Notes under the pieces: generated by a model | Database searches by the model: none | Told to the model about the DNA's origin: nothing | What the model saw: only the letters and a program-made list of their open reading frames with translations | Made by a program: the position numbers and the translations under genes | From: Squalus acanthias | Taxonomy: Eukaryota | Length of the DNA: 64,000 bases | NCBI GenBank assembly: GCA_030390025.1 | Contig: CM059432.1 | Coordinates: 121,274,001-121,338,000, forward strand | Direction: 5' to 3' | In this document: piece after piece, positions 26,119 to 36,254 of the stretch | Numbering within the stretch: position 1 is the stretch's first letter | How the letters are laid out: each line of letters begins with the position of its first letter

Positions 26119-26246
26119 TGTAATATATGTGGGTAGAACAAATGAAGGACAGAGACACGATGAGTTGCTAGTCCACGTGCTTGCTTTCCTAGGCCAGAGC
26201 AAACTGAGCATGCTCATACTAAACCACGTGATGAAAATACATTACA
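26119..26246 (-). repeat. Short (128 bp) 5' LTR of the Gypsy element
   Basis: Inverted termini TGTAAT...ATTACA adjacent to the PBS. Confidence 0.75.
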
Positions 26247-26945
26247 GATGAGGACCTGAAATTCATCCTTCAAACCTTAATTTTATGCACAAAAAATGAT
26301 TTTTTCTGCCAAACTTTTCATATCCTATGTGGCTCACACAGGTTCTGTGAAATTGCGAAAGATTTCCACTTTAAATAATTCATGTTTAATTACCAGAAAC
26401 TCACTGTCAATATACATCTTTGACCCCCCTTCCTTTTGCCCCAAACAATCCTGCTCTGTTGCCTTCTGATCTTGTTTGGGGAAAGTATATGCAGGAGGAG
26501 CCTCTGAGCGAAGAAGCAGAGGGTTTTATCAATAAAGAATACTTCCAGTTTTCATGAGTAGAGCCAGAAAACTACAATAGTGGATACTTTCTTGTTCTTA
26601 TTTTAAAAAGTAAATCAATCAATCAGATCATAAGACGAAAATGCTTAAAGCCCTTCACCCTATAAGACCATTTTCTGATTGTACATGGCATGGTTTGGAA
26701 ATTTATGTATGCACTGTGCATGATTTGCTAAAAACTAACTTAAATTATCGGAAAATCACATGCCTAAATTTCCGATTTATACTTCCAGTGGGCAAGGCTA
26801 ACCATCACAAGAGCAAAGTGGGACATTGACTCATTATATGTGTTCTAAAATATGTATTATTTATCATTAAAACTGTGCACAACTGCTGAAATTTCTGACC
26901 GAGCAAAGACCTTGAGCTTTGACCAAACATTCTATGAGAAATGTA

Positions 26946-27539
26946 GGCTTAGAAATTGGATCGTGCTGAGCCCATTTTACAGGTGTAAAACGGGCACCTA
27001 AGGGTCCAATATGGCGTGTGGCATATGCGTGGTCATTCCTTGCTGAAGATGCCCCACCCACCATATTGGTCAGGGCTGCTCGCTAGGAGTCCAGGGAGCG
27101 AGCCTGAAACCAGTGTTAGGCCCATTGCATGTGCAAATCAGGGGCTAATGTCTGGCTCAGGCCCCTTTGCCAAATTGGTCTGCGAATTTTGCATGGACTG
27201 CAGGCTGTGGTCACTTTCTTCAGGTGCTCCGAAGCCAAACCAGTGGTCCCTAACAAGGCCGCCACCGAAAAGGTAAGATTTGCGTTTTTTACTCACCTTA
27301 TCGTGAAGCCAGGAGGAGCAGGAAAGCTCCCGGCCCCACGTTAAAATCCCAGACTGCTGCCGGCCAGGGCTCGTCCCCTCTCCCCCGCAACTGCCTCGGC
27401 CCCTCCTACAGCTCGCCGGTACTAACCCAATGAGGCCAGCGGAACAATTGCCACGGCCCTACCTCCGACCTCATTAGGCATGAAAGCCTGCGCTGCTCCG
27501 GGATCGTGCCCCAGCTCAGGCGCGATCCACTTTCTGGGC
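26946..27539. mobile_element. Harbinger-type MITE
   Basis: Imperfect TIRs AGGCTTAGAAATTGGATCG / CGATCCACTTTCTGGGCT. Confidence 0.7.
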
Positions 27540-27841
27540 TGTTTAATCCCAAGAATCCTGTGTTATCACAAAAGTAGAAACAGCTGCAACTAAGCAATGT
27601 CTGTATTGGTTGGCTCTGTGTTCTGCTGTGTTTCCATTTATACTGCACTGTGATTAATGCTAATTTATTTACCATCCCTTGAAACATCAACCAGCAATTA
27701 ATCATGAAATTAAATTAAACTCAATTCTTGAATTGGGTTAATTTTCAAATAATCAAATATGACGCAACTCAAATAATTGCAGATGGATGTTGGCGTGACC
27801 CCTTTAAATTTGACAGCTCATAATGCAGGGAGAGATACATT

Positions 27842-29145
27842 GGGGGTAAATTTCACCCCCCAGGATGGGCGGGAGAGGGGCAAAGGTGGGCATAAAATTC
27901 AGAAGTCTGAAACTCGACCACAGCCTGCCCACTTTCTCTTTTACCAGAGGCGGGTTAAAATGGAGAAAGGGGGTGACTAACCTGCTCCCCAGGAGCGGGT
28001 CCGTCATTTAAATATTTTAATGAGGCTGCGTGCCTCATATTTTACACTGTTTTACTTTTAAGGCCTGCGGACAGGGTTTCCCAGAGGCAGCTGAAGGGAG
28101 TTGAGAAAGGCCAGATCCAGCAGGTAAGTGCCTTTATTGCACTCTTGTGCGCCAGGGGGAGGAGAGGTGCTGTCCCCTCGCCCACCAAGCTAACCTGCTT
28201 CCCTTCCCGCAATCCACGACCACCCCCCATCCCCCACCCGACTCCTACCAACGGACCCCCACAATTGGACTTCCTCCCCGCCCCGCCCCCAAGATTGGAC
28301 CCACCCTCCCCGCAATCCAATGCCCCCTCCCCCGATGTTCTCACTGGCCTGCAATCTTCTCTCTGCCCTCCCTCCGATCTTCTCCCCGCCCCTCACCCAT
28401 GTTCTCCCCAGCCCATGATCTTCTCCCCGCGCCCTCCCCCGATATTCTGCCTGCACCCTCCTGATATTCTCTCTCCGCCCCCGCCGCGATAGTCTGCCCG
28501 CACCCTCCAGATATTCTCTCTCCGCCCCCCCAGCGATATTCTGCCCGCACCCTCCAGATATTCTCTCTCCGCCCCCCCGCGATATTCTGCCCGCACCCTC
28601 CTGATATTCTCTCTCCGCCCCCCCGCGATATTCTCCCCACATCGTGACCTTCTCCCCGCCGCCCCCGATCTTCTCTCCGCCCCCGCTCCCCCGATCTTCT
28701 CCCTGGCCCGAAATCTATCTCCCACCCACCCCCGCCAACCGATGTTCTTCCCGGCTCGTGATCTTCTCCCCGCGCCCGCCCCCCCGACCTTCTCTCCACC
28801 TCTCCCGCCATGTTCTCCCCAGCCTGAAATCTATTCCCTGCCCACGCCGATGTTTTCCCCAGCCCGTGATCTTCTCCCTGGCCCCCCGATGTTCTCCACC
28901 ACCCACAATCTCTCCCTCCCTCTTCTGTGCTCCCCAGCTGTGGCCTGGTGCCACAGGCCTTCTCACACAGCAGCCAGCCCAGCCTCTCATTGCGGCTGGC
29001 TGCTGGTTGGGAATCGGAGAAAAAAAATGTAAATGCTGTCCTGCCGTTAAATTCGGCAGGACCTCCGGGTTACCAGCATTGCCCGGTTTCCCGGCTGATA
29101 CGACTCTCCCCGCCGCCCCGCTCTCTCCCCATAAATATCTGGCCC
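27842..29145 (+). mobile_element. Harbinger-type non-autonomous element with C-rich minisatellite interior
   Basis: Ends GGGGGTAAATTT / AAATATCTGGCCC; an inverted relative lies at 29477-30298. Confidence 0.65.
28441..28633 (+). repeat. Minisatellite, ~4 copies of a 46-47 bp unit, with degenerate flanking units
   Basis: Unit GATATTCTGCCCGCACCCTCC(A/T)GATATTCTCTCTCCGCCCCCCCGC. Confidence 0.9.
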
Positions 29146-29476
29146 AGAATCCCTTCACGTACATATAGCACCATTGTATGTATTTTGACATTAATTTCCT
29201 GCTGTTGTGGTGGCTAACTGGCGACAAGATATTGCTGGAGGCACAACAACATTTTAATTGAACGGTCATCCTTTTGGGAATGTTTTCAGACAGTTCTTGA
29301 AGTATCAGTCTGCTTCAACAGTCTGCTTCAAGCAGTCATATTGGCTGTGGTGAAAATTTTCCCACTGCAGCAGATGCGCTATTTGTTTCAATATGAACTT
29401 TGATGATGTGTTTTTGTTGGGTGCTATTAATTTTTGAAAGTATATATGTAAAACTTATTTCTCTCACAGAGACATA

Positions 29477-30298
29477 GGCCTGAATTTTAATACTTTGGCG
29501 GGTGTGGAGCAGGGGGCACTCGGAAACAGTCAAGAAACCCAGGAGAATGGGTTTCCTGCAAGGCCTTGTCGACTTTAACAACAGGGCCTGTTTTGCATTG
29601 GAAACCTCTGTTTCCCACTCGCAGCCGGCCAGATTGAGAGGCTGGCCGGCAGCGGACGGGTAGGCCTGTGGCACTAGGCCGCAGAGAGGAGGGAGGGAGG
29701 GATCGCGTGGGGGCCGGAGGGTGGTGAGGGGGGTCTGGGAGATTATCGCGGGGCCAGGAGTAGCATGGGGGGGATCCCTCATGGGAGGAATCAGAGGCCT
29801 GGGGGGGTGGAATCAGCGGCCTCATGGGGGAATCAAAGGCCTCGTGGGGGTGGATCGGAGGCCTTGTGGGGGTGGATCGGAGGCCTGGTGGGGGGAAGGT
29901 CTTGGGGGGGATCGGAGGCCTTGTGGTGGAGTCTTTGATCGCAGAGGGTGGGTTAGGCAGGGATGCTGGTTCCAGGAGGTTGGTGTAAAGGCATTTCCCT
30001 CCTGGATCCAGCAGTCCTCACCTCCCTTTAGCTGGTGGGTTGCTGAGGCCTGAGAATCCCGACCAGCCAGAGTTAAATTTAAAATGGTGGTTAAATCTGA
30101 GGCATCCCAGCCTCATTGTAATATTTAAATGAGTGACCTGCCTCCTGGGAGTGAGTTGGCTGCCCGCCCCCCTGTCTCGCCTACGTTAAAACTGGAAGTG
30201 GGCGGGTTGAAGTCAGGTTCTGGTTGGGATTGAGATTTTTAACTCTTTAACTGCCCACCCGACCACAACCCACTCATTTTTTGGGTTAAAATTCCCCC
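29477..30298 (-). mobile_element. Harbinger-type non-autonomous element, inverted relative of 27842-29145
   Basis: Ends GGCCTGAATTTTAA / TTAAAATTCCCCC; shares reverse-complement motifs ATTTAAATATT..AATGAGGCTG and GGATCCAG.AGG.AA.TGCC. Confidence 0.65.
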
Positions 30299-30774
30299 TA
30301 TACAGTAAAATGAAGAACTTAATTGCATTACATTTATTCAAGTCCCAATTAAATGGTTCGGCTAAAATATTTCAGTGTAAAGACGCCCATTAAAGGCACA
30401 AAATTCTTTATTATTATTGATCCCTCCTGATGGTACTGTCTTAAAATATTATTGTTTTACTATTGAGGAATCCATCCCACCTGGCCTCACACCCCTCCAT
30501 TCAGTCTCTGGGCTAGCTGGGTGGCACATGTGATGGGGCACTTGTCAAATCTCATACTGGATCACAGGCTGGCTGAGGGGCCATGGTGTGGGGAATGGAA
30601 ACATCACTCTGGTGCAGGAGGTGGTACTCCTCTGAACTTAACCAAATTGCAAAGAGCTTTGCTCGGCATCTGAACTGGGAGTGCTTGACACAGAGGGAGA
30701 AATTGGCTAACCGCGGAAAACAGGCGTGGGGACCGCGTTATGTTAAATTGGTGCTGCCTGCTTTTTTAAGAGAC

Positions 30775-32250
30775 AGGGCTAAGCGATCCACAACCAATGG
30801 ATCAGATCAAAGCTCTGCAGTCCTGCCACATCCAGTCGTAAATGGTGGTGGACCATTAAACAACTAACGGGAGGAGGAGGCTCCATAAATATCCCCATCC
30901 TCAATGATGGTGGAGCCCAGCACGTGAGTGCAAAAGACAAGGCTGAAGCGTTTGCAACCATCTTCAGCCGGAAGTGCTGAGTGAATGATCCATCTCGGCC
31001 TCCTCCTGAGGTCCCCACCATCACAGAAGGCAGTCTTCAGCCAATTCGATTCACTCTTCATGATATCAAGAAACGGCTGAGTGCACTGGATACAGCAAAG
31101 GCATTTGACAGAGTGTGGCATCAATGAGCCCTAGCAAAATTGAAGGCAATGGGAATCAGGGGGCAAACTCTCCACTGGTTGGAGTCTTACCTAGCACAAG
31201 GGAAGATGGTTGTGGTTGTTGGAGGTCAATCATCTCAGCCCCAGGACATCACTGCAGGAGTTCCTCAGGGCAGTGTCCTAGACCCAACCATCCTGAGCTG
31301 CTTCATCAATGACCTTCCCTCCATCATAAGGTCAGAAATGGGGATGTCCGCTGATGACTGCACAGTGTTCAGTTCCATTCACATCTCCTCAGATAATGAA
31401 GCAGTCCATATCCGAATGCAGCAAGACCTGGAGACATTCAGGTTTGGGCTGATAAGCGGCAAGTAACATTTGCGCCACACAAGCGTCAGGCAATGACTAT
31501 CTCCAACAAGCGATAGTCTAACCACCACCCTTTGACATTCAACGGCATTGCCATCACCGAATCCCCCACCATCAACATTCTGGGTGTCACCATTTACCAG
31601 AAACTTAACTGGACCAGCCACATAAATACTGTGGCTACAAGAGCAGATCAGAGGCTAGGTATTCTGTGGCGAGTGTCTCACCTCCTGACTCCCCAAAGCC
31701 TTTCCACCATCTACAAGGCATAAGTCAGCAGTGTGATAGAAGACTCTACACTTGCCTGGATGAGTGCAGCTCCAACAAAACTCAAGAAGCTTGACACCAT
31801 CCAGGACAAAGCAGCCCGCTTGATTGGCACCCCATCCACCACCTTAAACATTCACTCCCTCCACCACCGGCGTACCGTGGCTGCAGTGTGTACCATCTAC
31901 AAGATGCACTGCAGCAACTCACCAAGGCTTCTTCGGCAGCAGCACCTCCCAAACCCACAACCTCCACCTAGAAGGACAAGGGCAGTAGATGCATGGGTAC
32001 ACCATCACCTCCAAGTTCCCCTCCAAGTCACACACCATCCTGACTTGGAAATATATTGCTGTTCCTTCATCGTCACTGGGTCAAAATCCTGGAACTCCCT
32101 CCCTAACAGCACTGTGGGAGTACCTTCACCACACGGACTGCAGCAGTTCAAGAAGACGGCTCACCACTACCTTCTCAAGGGCAACTAGGGATGGGCAATA
32201 AATGCTGGTCTTGCCAGTGGCGCTCAGATCCCAGGAACAAACAAAAAGAA
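30775..32250 (+). mobile_element. APE-RT LINE (same family as 36255-39235), 5'-truncated with an internal deletion
   Basis: AGVPQGSVLDP...INDLP...SADDCTVF; same 3' end as the 36255-39235 copy. Confidence 0.88.
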
Positions 32251-32254
32251 ATAC

Positions 32255-32510
32255 AGCTGGCACAGATATCTGCCACACACTGAATGAATCGTGACTGCTG
32301 CCAGGATAACGGGCATTTACCTGAATGATGTGCTGCCTGTGGTCACATACCAGCTGCACATTGAGGGAGTGGAATCCCTTTTCGTTGATGAAAATGGCCG
32401 AGTTGAGATGAGGCCCACGCAACGCAATGTGCATGCAGTCAATGGCACCCTGCACCATGGGAAAGCCTGCAATCCATGCAAACCCTTTTGCTCACTCTGT
32501 CTTCCCATCT
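32255..32510 (-). pseudogene. HARBI1-like transposase fragment
   Basis: VQGAIDCMHIAL...NEKGFHSLNVQLVCDH...ARYPGSSHDSF. Confidence 0.9.
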
Positions 32511-32515
32511 CCTAG

Positions 32516-33440
32516 CTACCACTTTGTTCATGACGACGAACACCTTGCTAAGGCCATCCCCACGCCTCCACTACTCGCCTTCAAGCAGCCGCCTAACCTC
32601 AAAAGTACCATCGTTCGCAGCAGATTACCCATCTTTCAGGAGAACAGCAACCAAGACACCACACAACCCTGCCACGGCAACCTCTGCAAGACATGCCAAA
32701 TCATAGACACAGATACCATCATTACACGTGAGGACACTACCCACCAGGTACACGGTACATACTCATGTGACTCGGCCAACGTTGTCTACCTGATACATTG
32801 CAGTAAAGGATGCTCCAGAGCATGGTACATCGGCGAGACCATGCAGACACTGAGACAACGTATGAACGGACACCGCGCAACAATCGCCAGGCAGGAGGGT
32901 TGCCTCCCAGTCGGGGAACACTTCAGCAGCCAGGGGCATTCAGCCTCGGATCTGCGGGTAAGCGTTCTCCAAGGCGGCCTTCGAGATACACGACAGCGCA
33001 AAATCATAGAGCAGAAACTGATAGCCAAGTTCCGCACTCATGAGGATGGCCTCAATCGCGATATCGGGTTCATGTCACGATACAGAACGTGACTTGACAT
33101 CATGGCCGGTCTTCCCAGGTGTTTTTTTTTTTTAAAAGACTAACACAAGAACACAAATTGACAGGATATGCAGCCAGCAGGTGGTTTGACACGTTGGACC
33201 CCCTGGGACACATCTCATTGTCTTGGCTGTGCTCTTTGTTGTAGGGAATAATGTGAATAGATTTTGTCTGGGTTTAAATTGTGAATTCTGGGAGATTCTC
33301 TCATTGCTAACTTACCTGACGAAGGAGCGAACTGCTTCGAAAGCTTGTAAAATTAAATAAATCTGTTGGACTATAACCTGGTGTTGTGCGACTTCTCATT
33401 TTTGTCCACCCCAGTCCAACGCCGGCATCTCCACATCATA
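32516..33440 (+). mobile_element. Penelope-like element, second family: GIY-YIG 3' part plus terminal repeat
   Basis: Open frame CKTC...NVVYLIHC...WYIGET.QTLRQRMNGH...GEHF...EQKLI...GLNRD (stop at 33092), then a terminus homologous to 39865-39995. Confidence 0.92.
33312..33350 (+). ncRNA. Minimal type I hammerhead ribozyme motif
   Basis: TTAC-CTGACGA-A-GGAGC-gaact-GCTTC-GAAA-GC-TT-GTAA: core boxes, stem I TTAC/GTAA, stem II GGAGC/GCTTC. Confidence 0.75.
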
Positions 33441-34879
33441 ACCTGTAAGTAGTTCATGATCCCTTTAAGTAGCGCTGGGGGGGAGGGGTCCTTCATGCCG
33501 TTTAGTGCCGTGTTCAGCTCTGCGAGGTAAGACAGGCAGTAGGCTGGAGCGTGGAGTTCGAAAATGTCAGCACTGGTATCAAATCAGCATTGCACACTGA
33601 TTGACGTCATAATCTGCCTGCTCTGCATGCGTGCAAATCCCTTTACAAAGATGGCGCCCAGCGCACTTCCCATCGGAAGTGTTCGCACGGATCTCGGACC
33701 CCATTTTCGAGTGTTTGGAGGCTGCATACCGCTACAGAGCCCAATTTCTCCCCCTGCCACTCGGTGCCTAAAATGTGAAAGTGTTCTGTACCCAAGCACT
33801 AACATCACTCATCTTGATGAAGATCAAAATTGACCATTTTATTAGTGGAGAAAAAGCTGATTGAAAACCAGCTTAAAACGTGCGATATGCAAGCAGTATA
33901 GTGATTTGTGATATAATCTCTATTCAGAAGGAAACCTCTTCAACTACAGTTACACACAATCAGTGCTGATTGAATTTACCCATGAGTTATTGCTATGGCT
34001 TTGAAGGCAACATCTTCACCTCAGTTATAGTTCTGCAGGGATGTATAAAAACAAGAATGGCTTTAATACTATGTGCTGTGCAGCTAACTACGGCTATATA
34101 AAGCAATTCAGTTGTCTGCTGAACGATATTTCTTGTGCCTCACTTGAGGCACACTTCTGTGAGGTGATCTGAGTGGCACTGTAATTTATAGGCTGAAGGC
34201 TCTAAATTCTTCCCTTCATAATCAATTTCCATTTGCTAGTATGATCATCAGCATCCTATTACAAGACTTGTTGGCTTTACTGCCTGAATGCACATGGCTC
34301 AGATCCTGAAGGTTTAGACCATACAACTAAATCTGTAACTGCCAGCATTTGTAAATGTCGTATCAGGACATAGTAGTACAATTGGAGTAGAATTGACAAT
34401 GCAAACCTAATACAGAGTCACTGAGGTGCCCTGTGAACTCACTTTATGAGGTACCATTTCTCTATTTATTGGGTTAAAGTTGTATAAATATTGCATACTA
34501 CTCCATAGTACCATGGAACGCTGCTTGCTTTTATTTTATCATTGAGGATAATATCCCTGATCCCACAGCATACCTAAGCCATGCACCAGCTGTGGCCAAA
34601 AGAAATGGCCACGTGGCCTACTTCCAGGCCTTTCACTAAAGCTGCTATAGCCCCGATATTAACTGGGAGATGCGCTGGGAGCGCGGGTGTCCGATAGCGC
34701 ATGGGAAACCCAGAAGTATGTTCAGCGCGTCTGTCTGTGGCTTCTTAACACCTCATTATCATTTTACGTCCGGGTTTGCCGTCCAATCAGCGGCATCGGA
34801 CGTAATGAGACCCTCGTGACACGATCTCAACTCCAGTATTTAAAAGGCCAATCCAAAGATGCAATTTCAAAGACTTGAA

Positions 34880-35330
34880 ATAGTTGCATTCATAAGGTCT
34901 TTCACAATCTCAGAATGTCCCAAAGCGCTTTCCAGCCAACGAAGTACTTTTGGAGTGTAGTCACTGTTGTAATGTAGGAAATGCAGCAGCTAATTTGTGC
35001 ACAGCAAGCTCCCACAAACAGCAATGTGATAATGACCAGATAATCTGTTTTTGTGATGTTGATTCAGCGATAAATATTGGGCAGGACACCAGGGATAATG
35101 TCTCTGCTCTTCTTCAAAATAGTGCTATGGGATCTTTTACATCCACCCGAGAGAGCAGACAGGGCCTCAGTTTAACATCTCAGCCGAAAGACAGCACCTC
35201 CGACAGCACTCCCTCAGTGCTGCACTGGAGTGTCAGCCTAGATTTTTGTAGTCAAGTCTCTGGAGTGGGACTTGAACCCACAACCTTCTGACTCAGAGGC
35301 AAGAGTGCGACCAACTGAACCATGGCTGAC
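34880..35330 (-). mobile_element. Deu-domain SINE (SacSINE1-like)
   Basis: Reverse complement of 12870-13329, including the tRNA head. Confidence 0.85.
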
Positions 35331-35388
35331 ACTAAAGATGAAATTTGCAGAGGTTGGAGTTGGAAAGGAGAGAAGAGGAAGTTAAAGA

Positions 35389-36090
35389 ATGGAGTTGAGA
35401 CGTTCCAAGGCTGCACCCCAGTTCACTTATGCCTCACTTGAGGTGCTGCTGGGGGCTACAAAGAACCGAAAGAGCATAATATTCGCCAGCAATGGGAGGA
35501 AGAAACCTGCGGCAGAAAAAAATAATGCGTGGTTGGAGGTTGCCCAGGAGGTGAGCAGCAGGAGCCTAATGCCATGCTCCTGGATGCAGTGCAGGAAGCG
35601 GTTTAATCACATAACGAGGACAGGAAAGGTAAGTACAGTGACATATTCCCCTACATCCTGCTGTGCGCATCACCCCAAGCCCCTCACTCTATCTTGTCAA
35701 GCATACTCCATCAAATCACTCCTCACACCCACTCACCTTGCAGGTGCAACCATCCTTTTCTGTTTATTCATTTCCTCACATCCCCATTTATCCATCCACC
35801 AATCCCAATCACCCTCATCCTTATGTCATTTCATGCTTCTCCCTGATACTCACCCTCCATGAACTCCATCCGCTGGCTGAACACATGCCATTGCACACAC
35901 TCGTAGGTCTGTTCTTTCCCTCATTGCAGGAGAAGAGAGTACAGAACACCAGGGAGAGGCAGAAAACTGGAGGTGGTCCTTCAGCCATCTCACAACTAAC
36001 AAATGTAGAGGAGGAGGCGCTGGAGATCAGTGGAGCTTCAGCCAGCCTGGCCATCAGAGATGGGGAGATGGGGAGCTTCCAGCAGCCTGG
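35389..36090 (+). pseudogene. Harbinger Myb/SANT gene, exons 35389-35628 and 35930-~36090 (a further piece at 39236-39307)
   Basis: AAPQFTYASLEVLL...AWLEVA...WMQCRKRFNHITRTGK, donor GTAAGT, acceptor TTGCAG, then EKRVQNTRERQKTGGGP in phase 0. Confidence 0.85.
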
Positions 36091-36254
36091 TGACACAATT
36101 AAATATCAGCAACCCATATCATACAACACTCAGTCATGTTGACCTGATTTCAGCAGCGAGTGAAATATGATCATCTTCATAATGATAACTTGCATCATTC
36201 TTACCTTGCCAGTACTCATTCATGTCTTTTATCTCCGACTGGGCCTTCACACAT

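Larger units (their letters stand above)
23127..26246 (-). mobile_element. Gypsy LTR retrotransposon (5' LTR, gag, PR, RT, RNase H), broken just before the integrase
   Basis: gag MAAPTGFIGSL..., zinc knuckle CFHCQKQGHIS, protease IDTATDCS, RT WATPIVVVPK...CGDYK...KLDLSH...INTHKGLY, RNase H DASSYSVGAV...EKEAL...TDHKPL. Confidence 0.93.
30693..33754. mobile_element. Internally deleted Harbinger element hosting a LINE and a Penelope insertion
   Basis: TIRs GAGGGAGAAATTGG / CCAATTTCTCCCCC; transposase fragment at 32255-32510. Confidence 0.7.

Noticed and set aside
28441..28633. CRISPR-like repeat array
   Set aside because: Head-to-tail tandem units without unique spacers, in eukaryotic DNA with no cas genes.
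28042..29269. Long Pro-, Gly- and Arg-rich ORFs in several frames
   Set aside because: By-products of a GC-rich minisatellite that lacks stop codons.
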